This document shows, one piece after another, positions 24,259-38,030 of a stretch of 64,000 nucleotides of DNA; positions within the stretch are counted from its first letter, which is position 1; each line of letters begins with the position of its first letter. The notes below the pieces were generated by a model. It was not told the DNA's origin. It ran no database searches and saw nothing but the letters and a program-made list of their open reading frames with translations. This DNA is from Lama guanicoe (Eukaryota): assembly GCA_013239625.1 (NCBI GenBank), contig MU053810.1, forward strand, positions 5,054,071 through 5,118,070, written 5' to 3'. Made by a program: the position numbers and the translations under genes.

Positions 24259-27200
24259 CAAAATACGGATTGTTCCACATTATCACAATGAATAACATGG
24301 GGGCAGAACGGAAAAAAGAGCAGGCAACTTGTTTTCTGGCCTCACTGCAGAGATGCATTAAAGGAATGGAAGCAGGTATCCTACAAGCAGTTGGCTTCAT
24401 GACCAAGCAAGACTGCTGTGATGTTGCAGCCCCTTCCACCAAAGAGTAACCTAAGGGAGAAGACCCCAGCAGAGGGACCAGATGCACAATGTGCTAAACC
24501 AGGAAACATCTTCGCTTACCGCTGCGGACAGCTGCGGCTTTGGCCAGTCCAATGCTAATTCTGGCAGGAAGGCCCTGCCGCTTTCTGGGAGGAGTTCGTT
24601 CCGTATGGATCAGGTGGGGCCGGGCCTTCCCTGAATGAAGCTATATCCAGCCTCGAACTTTCCAGCTCCTTAAGCCAATTCATTCCCTTAAAGGAATTTT
24701 CTTGGGGCTGGTTTGTACAGGATTCTGTCACCACCGGGAGTCTTCATCCAGACCTAGAGTTACTTTGTCATAGCATCACTCATCTGGGAAGGGGAGAAAA
24801 AAACTGCCACACAACCAATATAACAGTTTGAACCAATGTTTCTTCCTTAATGCTCAAGAGGACAACAACAACAAAAAATGACCTTAAAATGTTTTTACTT
24901 CCACTCTGAAAGCATTCATTCCCTGTTGCAAAAGGAGTGGGGACAATGCTTGAAAGTGGCCCATAAGTTAAATAAGACCAATAATTTCCTACTTATGGGA
25001 ACTGATCTCAAAAGGAGAAAATCAAAGACTATCCGGAATTCACTGATCGTTTGCTGGTTTTGTACAGGCAGATATAATCATAGGTTCACAAGCAGGCATG
25101 TCAGTAGGTTCAGAACTTGTCAAAAATGCCCAAGGAGAAAATTTTCTCATCACTTCTAGAGGTGCTGAGATAGAGGAGTTAATACAGGGAGAATTTCTGC
25201 ATATTAGACTCAGATACGGTAACGGCAGCAGGAAAAATAAAATTTCAGTGCCTCCAGAGGACGGGGGAATGCAGGATTGGATGCAACTCCTAAACCACAA
25301 AGTTAAATGTAACAAATGAGATTTATACTCTGCCAGATTGGAGTAAATTTCACAGTAATTCTATGATTATCTTCTCCATTCTATTGATTAAAAACAAAAC
25401 ACAATATATCAGAGTGCTGAATTCTATTCTCTAAGTCACACATATAGTGTATTTTCAGGCAAGTCTAATTTCAGAAGATCTTACTTAGTCCAAGCTTATA
25501 ACATATTTTAAATATTAGATTTGTCCTTAATTCATCTGGATCTTGTATCTTCCAAGTGTGTATATAGTCAATTGTCTTAATACCATCAATAGAGTTGTTT
25601 ACTTTTTCCCTTACTGGTTTGAAATTTCATTTTTTTTTTATCATATCCTTCATTCTCATACATGAAGGTCAATTTCTACATACTTCTGTTTCACTAACCT
25701 AAAATGTCTATTTTAGCATCCAAGCCATACTGTTAAATTATTGTAGCTTTTTAGTATGTTTTAATATGTGGTAGAAAAAGTCTCGCTGTTTTGTTCTTCT
25801 AAAAAATTGTCTTGGCTACTTTTGGACTCTTATTCTCCTATCTGGTGGGTGGTTCTGAAGATCAAATGAACTGATACAAATAGAACATTTAGAACAGAGG
25901 CTGACACATGGTATGTACTCAGTAGATGCTGGCCATGATTAATTTCTCCCCTTTCTTCCCACTCTTCCTTCCATCCCTCCCTCCCTCTTTCCTTCCCTCC
26001 CTCCTGGGAAATGATCACGGCTCAGTCCTCCCTGGTACACTGGAGTCAGGCACTCGCCTGCTTTAATGACTCCAGAAAACACATCTTTTGTCTTTTGCTG
26101 GGATGAAGAAGGGAACCTAGAGGTCCAGCTTCTCCATTCATGTGCTTCCCATCACCGTGCTGCATCGAGCCTGTCCCTCCCTCACTCTACGTTCTGAGAA
26201 CCTGGTGACTAACTTGTGGGCCTTTTGGAAATCCCGTGGCAGACAATTCTTCTTCTCATTGAAATTTCCTTGCACAGACATTTAGATTTTCACTTGCTCT
26301 GCTTTCCTGAGTCAATGACCTTCCTTAATCAGTTTTACCTGCTGAAAAAACACTGACATCTCTTGCCGACTGAGGTTTTCTCCTTCTCCTCTTGTCCTTG
26401 TGGGTATATATACACACGCCTTGTTTGTTTCTTTACTGTCTTTCACTGGGGTTTCAGGAAAGAACGGAGTTAACTGAATGCATTCAATTCGCTGTGTTTA
26501 ACCATGACATTTTTCTAGTGGTTCAAAAACATCTTTACATTTCTAGGTTGTTGTGACTTTTTTTTTTAACGTCATTGGGTTTGATTTGATGACATTTTAT
26601 TTGGAATTGTTCATCTGATCTTCATAAGTAAGACTGACCTATAGTTTCCCATTCTTTGGCTACCTTTGGGAATTTTTAAAGCAAGTTATACAAGCCTCAC
26701 ATAATGAGTAGGGTGGTTCTTTGTCTTTTTTTCTATGTTGGAGGAGTCTGTATATGAATGAATTTATCTGTTTTGCTAAGGTTCAATAGAGCTCAAAATA
26801 GATATTATTTAATCCCCAATTTACAAATGAGGAACCAGAGGCAGTAAGAGTTTGAATAACTTACTTGCCCAAAGAGGCTCTAAGTAAGTGAAAGAATCCA
26901 GTTCAATTCTAGAATTGCTTGGCTTGACGTTATTCTTATGTTAACTGCCTCCCTCCCTCACCATATTCCTAGAAGGTAGAAGTAATAGTATGTCTTTGAG
27001 AGTAAGACATGGAGAAGAATTGGATCCTGGTTGTACTAACGAAATAAAATACATACGCTGAAATGGCTAGGAGATGTCCACATCTTGGTAGAAATGTTGG
27101 TAGCGGTTGTGTGGATTCACTTAAGTAGCAAAGGAAATCTCTGACATGTGGTCCAGGCATCCTGGGAAAGAAATATTTTGGAAATTACTAGTTTAGGTGA

Positions 27201-30200
27201 TCTGATCTCCAGGTACAAAAAAGATCACACCCAAACAGCCCAGGAGGTGTGGTGACTGCTCACACAAGAGTATTTGGACTGTTTAGATAATGTTTACAAA
27301 AAAAACAGAACTGAGGAAGAATACACAGCCTGAATTCCTGTCCTTTGGAGGAACTGAAAGGGGAAAAGTAAAGAAAGCAAATAAACAAGAGAACCACTCT
27401 CTAAGCCATTCATTTCCAAAGTCAGAGCCACTTGCTTCAAAATCTATCTATGCAAAAACTTCCTCCACATTCTCAGCCTCACACATGACTTTTCCCTCCC
27501 CTTTTCAGCCTAACTCTTCCTTTCAGCTATTCTTCTGTGCTCAGTGGGGTCACTGATACTATATCAAATGGAGAGAGAGGCAAACCTCAAACCAAAACAG
27601 TTCATTATCAGATGTTTGAATAATCAAACCAGAGAGCTGCTAATTAAAATGTTGTAAACTGTTGAAAAATTTTTTTAAAAACCTTCTGAAACATTTGATA
27701 CCAAGTCAGCTAACGAGGACAGGCGACTCAGTTCCAGCGTCCCCAGTTTTCTTTTCAACCAGCAGCTGATGCAGGACCTGACTCTTAACTGGGTCCCCGA
27801 GTCCTTGAGGCTGCCTGGGTAAAAGCAGAGGTCACGGGGCAGCGCAAGCTGGTGGCTTTTGTGCCCACCCCTGGGTTCAACCAGAGCAGCTCCACTAATT
27901 TCTGTTACAGTCACTGGGTTCAAAGTAAGGTGGTAGGTAGCAAAAAAGTTTGAAAACTATCAGGTCAATATTTTCTTCCTTTGAAATGGACTTGCCTTCT
28001 TTTTGGTTTCTGTTCATTTAAATATCCATTTGTTCCTGAGATCATTTTTGTTTAGAAACTTATTCTTACAACCCATGTGGGTGAGTTGTGAGCAAAGAGA
28101 CTACAGAGAATGGTGAGCAGGGAGTGGTGTCCCCGGGCCCCCTCTGGGACCAGCCTGCCTGGCTTCCAGTCCCAGCTCCGCCTTCTATTAATTGTATGAC
28201 CTTGAGGTACCTACTTAACCTCTCAGTGCTCCAGTTTCCCCGCCTATAAAAAGACTATGTGAATAGTTCCTACCTCCTGGGATCATTGGGAGGACTCAAT
28301 GAATTCATATAAATTTGGTACTTAGAAACATGCCCGGCATCTAATCAGAAGCAGTTCATAAAGTAAGCCTTGTCTTCTTATTGTCTACTTTTAGTCAAAG
28401 AGACTTGCACGTCTACCTGAATTTCCTAACACTGACTTCGTGATGATTCTTCATTCAGTTCACTGAGGACATGACTGATTGGTGAGTGCCCCCCCCACCC
28501 CGTTCTCTGAGGTTAGGGTTTTTGAGGCTGACAGCTACCCATGAACACGTGGTTAAGGAAGACTCATATCCTTCCATGGCTACGTGAAAGTTAAAAACAA
28601 GCTCAGTTGTATGCTCCTTTGGGGTCTCCCACACTGTGGGGTCTGAGTCTTTAAAGCAGACAATTTCACGGGTGTAATTAGCAGCATTCCACTTTGCTGT
28701 TTTCATCTTTCTCCTCAATAGACAGAAGCCACCTGGAGATCGTGTTTGGACCCACTTTTGTCCTTACCAGCTTTTGTCGGTCCTTTGTTGGAGCCGTTTA
28801 TAGTCAGTAGAACAAAGAGTTAACCTTGCAATTGGGTTACAAGATGGCGGCAGAAGATCTGTAGTACAACATGAGAATGGACGTGTGGGTTTCCGGTAAT
28901 TTATCCAGGACTGGCTGCGTTTTTGCTTTGGGGATAATAAGATACCCCAATCCCTCCCTTTAATGCACCATCTTAGCTTAAGGTAATTTAAAATAGATTT
29001 ATACACCTTGTCAACAAAAGAACCTTGACTAAGAGTTCATGCTAATTTACAGGAAAAGTCAATATTTGCAAATTTTGACAAATATTATTAGTGACAAATG
29101 ACTTGTGACACATCTCATCACTGACAATTAACATCACTGTGCTGCATGAGAGCCTAGGATTTCCTGGCAGGCATCACACTGCTTCATCCTCCACGTCTTA
29201 GCGTGTTCCGGTCACACCTCTTCGCTGGAGTAATTCTTATTCTTTCTTCAAGATCCAGTTCAGGCATCATCTCATCTAGGAAGCTTTCCTGGAGTCCCCT
29301 GGAGTTCCCTGGACTTGATCTGTGTCTGACAACACTCTATGCATAGCTGCATGTCAGTAGACCACATTCAACTGGCATTTTCTGTGGAGGCAGCAATTGC
29401 CAATGGCATGAAAACTTCAGCATAAGCAGCCTTATTTTCATCCTAATGGCACCCCCAGTGGCTGATGCACTATGGATTCCAGTGTTGAGCCTGACTGAAG
29501 CATCTGACTACATGTGTTCACTGTATTTTTAATACCTTTCCCACTACCCACTTTAAACACCAAGTGTTCTCAGGCGGCACCTGGTTTCTCTTGCTTTAAG
29601 TTTCTTCTCCGGCTGTCCAGAAGCCGGAAGGAGCTTATTGTCCAATGGAGACAGTGGAAAATTAAAAACTACAAACAAACACATATGAGAAAATACCCAG
29701 ATAGCTCAGTTGAAAGGGGCACAAAGGAAGCTGACTTGAATAACTTGGAAGATGGGAAAACTGAAAAAAATACAGATCTTCCTCTGTGATGTCTAAGTGA
29801 TTTCTACCCAAACTATATTTTATTCTTTTTTACTATTATTTCATTATCTCAGTTCCCAAAGACCCTTCACAATACTTTTTAAAACCTAAATGCAAAAATT
29901 CACGTGAATTCTGAACATGAAAAATATGAAAATATGAATTATGAACATATCTTAATATCAGTCATTCATGCCATGATGAGTAAAGTATACATTTTAAAGC
30001 CAAACTATCATTTTAACCAGGAAAAAAAAATATGTATACGTTAGCATGTATGATTCAGCTCATTTGAAAGCACACATATGTTTTGCATTTCCTGAATCTG
30101 ATGTGTAACTTCACAAGCGTGATGGGATATTATTCAAAGACAGAATCTACCATGTTTGATATTCTACCCAACTCAGTCTCCAACAGGGTACTAGTTAGTT

Positions 30201-30418
30201 AAGAGTAATCCCCACCCAACAGAGAAAAGCTCTTTCCTTTATGAAAAATATGGCGATCTTGGGTCAGAAGAAGGGACCACAATGATGAGAAGAAGCTATA
30301 GGCTGGTAGGAATAATGGAGGGTCCTTAAGATCAAGGAAAAAGGGAAGAGAAAGAAGAAAATGGACCTTTACTTCAACTTAGTTATAAAAGAAAGACCCA
30401 GGAAAGAGGAAACTCAGT

Positions 30419-30713
30419 ATTTTTTTTTTGGTTTACTTATTTATTTATTAACTTTTTTTATTGAGTTATAATCATTTTACAATGTTGTGTCAAATTCCAG
30501 TGTAGAGCACAATTTCTCAGTAATACATGAACATACATATATTCATTGTCACATTTTTTTCTCTGTGAGCTACCATAAGATCTTGTATATATTTCCCTGT
30601 GCTGTACAGTAAAATCTTGTTTATCTATTCTACATTTTGAAATCCCAGTCTATCCCTTCCCACCCCCTGCCCCCTTGGCAACCACAAGTTTGTATTCTAT
30701 GTCTATAAGTCTG
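30419..30713 (-). mobile_element. Young 5'-truncated L1 3' UTR with 13-bp TSD
   Basis: TSD gaggaaactcagt at 30406-30418 and 30714-30726. Close to the reverse complement of 15555-15800. Confidence 0.92.
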
Positions 30714-31543
30714 GAGGAAACTCAGTTTAAAAACAGATTCTGTGACTTTGCTTTACATGGACTCTGAAACCACGAAGCAAGACATCCTTCTGTTTTGAAC
30801 CCAGGTATGGACTTGTTGTTTTGATTTAAATTATGTTTTTAAGTTATGGATCAGAAGGAAAAACAAGCTGAGCCCTTGACAATGACCCCAAAGGACTTCA
30901 GTAAAATCTATGTTTTACAATGTGGATGACCATAAACCAGTGGCGACTATTTCCTGAAAGACCATTCTCTCCACACATTTTTTCCCCCCTAAATAACCCA
31001 GGGAAGATTTATAATGATAACTTAAAAGAGAATAACCAAATGGAAATTGTGGTTCAACAGTAAGGAAATCTTGACCCAGCTCTCTGGAGCCCATTTTAAG
31101 ATTGCCAGAGGATGGGACAGTGAACAGAAGGGCCAAGAGAGAGAATTGCTGGCAGGTCCCGCACCAGGGAAACCTCTAAAACACACACATCGCTTTTTGG
31201 CATCAGACTGGATCTGCCTTTGTTCCCACCCAACTGTACTCTGGGTCCAAAAAGTTCTGCTTCCTTGTGTGACTTCCCAGCTCCAAATATTTCTGAAGCT
31301 GCCCATGCCTGCAAAATAAAGTCTGATTTTGTCATCGCCATGGGCAGGGCCATCCTTAGAGCCAGGCAAGAGAGGTCTTGCAAATCACAAATACCAAAAC
31401 ACACAGACATTTGCTTTTTCCTTTTTGGTCTTAAAAGGAAGTTTTTGGGGAAAATTCTGTAACAGTTTGAGCTAATGGGAATTATGCAACAGAGACACGT
31501 GTGCTGAACTGGGCTTGCCCCACTCCTCCCATCACCCAACTTG

Positions 31544-32080
31544 CAGGGCCAAGTTTGTGGTGCGGAAGGTGGTGGTGGCCTCCTTTGGGAAACTAGACCA
31601 AGAGAGGCTGGTATAAATAATTCAGGTAGACCCCCCCTAAATCACCCAAAGGAGGTGCTTCAGACACTGGACTCCCCAGATAACCAGGTTCTCTCCTGCC
31701 TCTCTGCTCAGGAGGTAAAGTCTAGGAGGCATCTGAGTTGGAGAAGACAGGCATGAAGAATCTGGCTATTCCAACTCCCTGGAGAGCTTAACCTGGCCAG
31801 CCCCACGTGGGGTTCGGGCAGGCTCAGTCATCACCCAGGAGCTGGTCCTGGGCCCAGCTGGTGCCCTGCCCTGCCCAGCAGGCACACAGCTCTGCTCAGG
31901 CTTGTAGGCTGCAAGGATGAGCATGGCTCCTGTAGCCTCCAGCTCAGGTATCTGGCTAGAAACATGAGGCTGGCCACAGACAAAGCTATAAAGTTTCAAA
32001 ACTTTAAATATTTAGGCGTGTGATACGTGACTCTCCATTTGTTCTCTTACCCTGGGCCCTATAAATATGAAAGGGAATCT
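31544..32080. mobile_element. MER45-like hAT-Tip100 element
   Basis: Start cagggcc..., end ctccatttgttctcttaccctgggccc..aaat. The interior is diverged. Confidence 0.45.
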
Positions 32081-32214
32081 GACCTTGAGCACCATTTATG
32101 GAGTGGTGCCAGGGACTCTGTGAAACCCATGACCTATGTGAATCCAACCGAAGTCCTAGGAGGTCCAGCAGTTGTGCTCTTGGTATTTATTTACTCATGT
32201 TGCTGAACACTAAT

Positions 32215-32856
32215 GTCCCCCAAAAACTTGCACCTGGATGTTTATAGCAGTTTTATTTGTAACTGACAAAACTTGGAAGCAACCGAGATACCCTTCAGTG
32301 AGTGAATAGATAAACAGACTGTGATACATACAACAATGGAATATTATTCAGCACTAAAAAGGAATGAGGTGTCAAGCCATGAAAAGAAGCTTAAATGCAT
32401 ATGACTAAGTGAAAGGAGCTAACCTGACAAGGGTCCATATTGTATGTTTCCAACTACATGACTTTCTAAAAAAGGCAAAACTATGGAGACAGTAAAAAGA
32501 TAATTAGTTGCCAGAACATCAGGGGAGGGAGAGATGAACAGGCAGAGAACCTTTTAAGATGACTTTTAGTGTCGTGAAAATTCTGTGATACCATAGTGAT
32601 GGGTACATACTATTACACATTTGTCCAAACCCATAGAATGCACAACACCAAGCATGAACCCTAGTAAGAACTATGGACATGGGGCGATTATGATGAATCA
32701 ATGTAGGTTCATCAGTTGTAACACATGTAGCACTCTGGTGGGGGAAGAAAAGGGGTAGGCTGTGGGGATGTGGGGGCAGTAGATACACAGGAAACTTTTC
32801 CTGGATTTTACTGTGAACCTGAAATTGCTCTAAAAAATAAAGTCCATTAAAAAAAA
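32215..32856 (+). mobile_element. Old L1 3' end (L1MC-like)
   Basis: atgtttatagcag...aaacttggaagcaacc, caaacccatagaatg-acaacaccaag, aactatggac. Confidence 0.85.
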
Positions 32857-32959
32857 TCTTATGAGGCAACAGTAACTTAAATAAAGTTTAGGTAACTTTG
32901 CCAAGTACCTTTGGCCAAGGTCCCACAGCTAGAAAGTAGTGGAGATGAAGGCAGGGCAA

Positions 32960-33093
32960 GGGGAGGGCATAACTCACTGGTAGAATGGATGTTTAGCATG
33001 CACGAGGTCTTGGGTTCAATCCCCAGGACCTCCATTAAAAAAATAAATACATAAATAAGCCTAATTACCCCCCCCCAAATAAATAAATAAAAA
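32960..33093 (+). mobile_element. Full-length tRNA-derived SINE (camelid vic-1-like)
   Basis: ggggagggcataactcactggtaga (A-box), gggttcaatcccc (B-box), cctaattaccccc, (AAAT)n tail. Confidence 0.88.
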
Positions 33094-36000
33094 GAAGCTG
33101 TCACTTTAAAAAATGTTTAAAAAAGAGCTTGGATTTGAAGGCAGGGCAGAGATTCACCCTCTGTCTTGCTCCAAGGCTTCCATCCACCCAACATGTCCTA
33201 TAGCTTCTCTCTGGGGTCTGCTCACAATCTGCCTTTCCTTGTGACTTGTCCCTGTACTTCTTCTGCCCCATGTGCACATGAATCACCTGTGCAGATTGTG
33301 ATCCTGCCTGTCTGGGGTGGGGCCTGACAGCCTGCATTTCTAAGGAGCTCCCTGGTGACGGGGATGGGGCAGGTCCACAGGCGACACGCTGAGTCTCCAC
33401 CATCTGTGTTCCACCCACGCCAGCCTGCTGGCTGAGTCCAAAGCACACTCTGCGTTTTATCATCACCGTGTGTCACGGATGTTCCCTCCGCCCAGAATGT
33501 CTTTCTGCCGTATCTCTGCTTGTCAAAATCCTAATCTCCCTTGGACATAGAAAGTAAAGTCTACTTCCATAATAAATCATCTCCCGATCCTCGGCCACTC
33601 CTGTAGTCAGCCGGAACTGATTTCTCCCTCCGAGGTGTTTCCCTCGCCTTCAGATCAATTCATGCAGCCCCGGAGCCTTCCCTGTTGTACTGGGTCCTCC
33701 CTGCTCGTGGGCTGTGCATCTGTTCACTTCTGCTCTTTTGAAAGCAACGTGATGAGAGGGACTCTCTATCTTTCATCTTTATCAGCTCCTTAACACCGAG
33801 CGGGGCTGTGCATGCAGAAGGGAACATGGCCTGCTTGCCCCTTCCTCGACCTCCCTGACACTGGTCCCCTCTTTTATAAAATGGGGACAATAACACCCAC
33901 GCGTCTGGATTGTTGCGAGGTTTAAATTAAATGTCACATGTAAAATGCCTCGCCCGTGGTACGCCCCTGACCAGTATTTATGGAATTGGATTTTCCTTTT
34001 TTATTTTCTGAATAAGGAAAAGAGGTGGGCGTGGAAGGATTGAATGACAGAGCTGGGCCTACTACCAGGTATCCTAACCTTTACTGAGGTCATTTATCCA
34101 CTCGATCAAGCTCTCCTTCACTTTATTTTGGTTGTGTAAGTAACTCCCAGTCATGCATGTGACTAAAATGTATCAGCATTTACAGAAGGAACCTAGAATA
34201 TTGTTTCCCAGTTCACATTCTCCATACAAATCACCGGCTAAAATTCAGATAGGGCTGGCCAAAGGCCTCGATGTAACCTTACACCTTGGTAAATGATAAA
34301 GTAACATAACAATATATTTAGTATGCATCTATAATGTATTTGTGTGCCTTATGTCACTCAAAACCACCAAATTTTAAAACAGGTATTGGTTTCCAGATTC
34401 AGTGTGATCGTAGGAGAGAAAAGAAATGATTATGATCAGACAGAATGATTGTCTTCACCAATTACTCACTGGGACACCTTGGCAAACTCACTTGATTTCT
34501 CATTTACTTCATCTGGAAAATGCAGATACTACTAACCGCCTTCCTTGCTTCTCAGAGTTCATGTAACAAGCAAACGAACCACCAATCTATGCAAACGCTA
34601 TGAAAAATATAGCAAACTTTTTATGTGCAAAAAAATCATTAGCAATATCTTTAAGGCATAATCCAGAGCTGGAGGGTGGGGTGGGGAAGGCAATTTATGT
34701 GAAATATACAGAAAGTGGAAGACTTCGGGGGAGCCACCTATCAAACACTTCATCTACGATTATTATTTTTTAGGTTTAAGGTCTTTGCTCTGACTGCGCC
34801 AGGTTTTTAAATGAGACCTGAGTCACATGTGAGAAGGTCAGAGAGCAGGATGCTTGGAGAGCCACCTTCTCTTTTTCAGAATAAGAAAAGATGGTTTATT
34901 TGATGTAGGCATGTTGATTGGCAGTGTGGGCTTGCAAATTCCTTCAGTATTAAGTCATGTCTTCAGAACTGGGTGGGGTGCTGAGTTATTAATTTTTTTT
35001 CTTTTCCTCTGGAAGCCAGGGCTTGGAAGTAGCTGAAGGCTACATGTGAACTGAATTGGGTGGTCTCGGGGAAATTCTGTGTAAACAGCACTGCTCCTTT
35101 AAAAGTAGCACAAGACGCTGCACATCTGCCTGTCCGTATAAAACAAAACAGGACCTGGACTCCATTAATGGGCCTGAGGAATTAATTATTCTCTAATAAA
35201 TGTTTTTATAATCACAGTGGAAAGGAAGGTCCTGGACACAGAGGAAATGAGATTCTGCTGTACCAGTTTGTTGGCAGAAGCCTGGAAGAGAAATGGGAGA
35301 CAGAAGAATACCACAGCTGTGCCCGACTTAAGAGATGTTGTGCCTTCTTCTAAATATGGGGAATGTAGGCTTCAGTGTAAGAAGTTAGTGGAAGGTACCT
35401 TATTCTAGACTGCCAACAAGAATGCCACGTTACTCTGGGAGGGTGGCTTTAGCGCTTGGCTTTTGCTGGATGATCCAAGAACAACTCCTCTGTGAGACAT
35501 TCAGCTGGAGCTCCAGACCCGACCGCTTCTGTGCCCTGAATGTCACTGTGTCCGCGTGACATGTGCTAATGAGCTCCAGCAACTGTGAAACAGGGCACTT
35601 GGGCTGTCTGGTCTTTGCCTCCAGATACTGCTAATGCATGAAATCCCCTCTTCTTTCCCTTTGCTCCGTTGAATATTTGCTGTCATTGGCTGATGAGCAC
35701 GAGGGCCTTTGTTTTGTAAGGGACGGCAGGGAAGACGACTGACTGAGTTAAAGATGGTAGGGAAGAGAGAAGAGGAAGCTGGAGGGTGATGTGGTCTCTG
35801 TTCCCCATCTGGATCCTGGGACCGCATTTGAGCCCTGATGTTGGAGGACTGGACAGGTTTCATTACAGACTAAGATTCTTGCAGGGGTGAGAGGTCTGAA
35901 ACACAGTGTGTCCAGAACAGTCTGGGGCCCCTGCCGCTGTGAGAAACCTGGCCCGATCCTGGTACCCGGAGGACTGGTACTCTCACAACATTAGCCAAGC

Positions 36001-36560
36001 CTTCACTAATGATGCGAGAAGAGGCTTCTCGGGTAGAGACTGGGCGGGGGCTGGCCGAGGAGGTGGAGATGCTCTGTGGTGACTGCAGCTGATAGACTGA
36101 TTTGTGGACACATGTGAGGACCCATTTGGGGACCCTCAGAAATAACTGAAGAGTACATTCTTGATTGGGCAACCCCAATTCACTGCACTTTGGGCATACT
36201 CATAAATGGAGCCACTTCTGTCTTTATTGACTGGTAATGCCAAAGGTCAAGGCTACACAGAAAATGACACTTGGGTTTTAGAAATTTGAGGTATTTATTT
36301 GGCATTTATATAATCTTCCTCTGGCTATGTTAAATTCATTTGCTGTAAAACTCATGATGTCTTTAACGTAATGGAGTTTGTGAAATTTTCCTAACATGGC
36401 ACCTTGCTTTTTAATGTAAAAAAAATTTTAAGGGGGTGATTTTTATTATTGGTGTAGTTTAAAAATTTCATTATACTTTGGAGCGGTCTCTGTGGCTTCT
36501 GGTTTTTTTTTTTTTCTTTTGCCAAGATGGAATAACAAAAACCAGATTTACCCTCTTTCA

Positions 36561-37325
36561 AGTCACACGAGTTTCTTGGTTTCCCAATGAATATCAAAGT
36601 TATGTTTACCCGACACTGTAGTCTATTAAGTGTGCAACAGCATCACGTCTAAAAAAACGATGTACGTGCCTTAATTTAAAATTAATTTATTGCTAAAACA
36701 TGTTAACCATCATCTGAGCCTTCACTGAGTTGTAACCTTCTAGCTGGTCTTGCTTCAGCGTTGATGGCAGCTGACTGATCAGGGTGGTGGCTGCTGAATG
36801 CCGGGGTGGCTGTGGCAACTTCTTAAAGTAAGACAACAGTGAAGTTTACCCCATCAACTGACTCTTCCTTTTGAAAACAATTTCTCTGGAGCATGTGGTG
36901 CTGTTTGATAGCACTTTACCCAGGGTAGAACTTCTTTCAAAATTGGAGACAATCCTCTCAAACTCTGCTGCTGCCTTATCCGCTAACTTTATGGAATATT
37001 CTAAATCCTCTGTTGTCATTTCAACTATTGATTAAGTTTGTCATCTTATATGGGCACAATTCATGGCGCCCCCAAACAATTACAATAGTAACATCGAAGG
37101 GCGCTCATCACAGATCACCTGTAATGGGCACAATAATGTGGAAAAAGTTTGAAATATTGTGAGAATTACCAGAATGTGACACAGAGACACAACGTGGGCA
37201 AATGCTAAAGGGAAAATGACATTGATAGACTTGCTTGACACAAAGTTGCCACAAATTTTGATTTGTAAAAAACACGGTATCTGCGGACTAAGTAAAGTGG
37301 AACACAACTAGATGACGTGTGCCTG
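36561..37325 (-). mobile_element. Internally deleted Tigger1 (TcMar) DNA transposon
   Basis: Both subterminal regions of Tigger1 are recognisable (ctgtagtctattaagtgtgcaa, acaattacaatagtaacatc...cacagatcacc) and joined at about 37025. The right terminus is ...gcctg. Confidence 0.85.
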
Positions 37326-37384
37326 TGTGTTGTTTGAAGCTGTTAAATTGGTAGGAGTTTGTCATGCAGCAACAGAGAAATCAT

Positions 37385-38030
37385 ACAATTGACCAGGATT
37401 AGTGGCAGATGGGACACTGCAGAAGAAATGATTAGTAAACTTGGTGACAGCAACAGAGATTATCCAAAATTGAACAAGCAGAGAAAAAAGAATTTTAAAA
37501 AATTAAAAAGATCATCCGTGAGTTGTGGGACAGTTTTAAGACATGGCTCAATAGACATGTAACGAGTCCCTGAAAATGAGGAGTGGGGAAGGACAAATGA
37601 GAATAATGGCTGAAAAACTTCCATGTTTGGTGAAAAGTGTAAATCCACAAATCTGAGAAGCTCAATGAAATCCAAGCACAAGCAACAGGAAGCATACCAT
37701 ACCAAAGCATAAAAATGATAATGATGAGATATTACTGTTTAGAAACAAATCAAGTGAGGAAAAAAATGGAACACCATTGTCAAAGTACTGAAGAAAGACT
37801 GTCAACTTACAATTCTACACCCCGCAATATTATCATTCAGAAACTGAGAGTGAAATAAAGATGGTTTCAGACAAAGAAAAGCTGAAATACTTCATCACCA
37901 GCAGAGCAGCATTGCAAAAGAAGTTAAAGGAAGAACTTCAGGCAGGAGGAAGATGATATGAGAAGGAAATGCAGATGTGCACAAAGAAATGAACAGCACT
38001 GGAAATGGTAACTACATGAGTAAATATAAA
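37385..38030 (+). mobile_element. Ancient L1M ORF1-region fragment
   Basis: Degenerate ORF1-like peptide (ISGRWDTAEEMISKL) and motifs gagaagctcaatgaa, attctacaccc..aa.attatcattc. Confidence 0.7.

Noticed and set aside
32960..33035. tRNA gene suggested by A and B boxes
   Set aside because: It is the head of a SINE, with the family tail and five other copies in the window.
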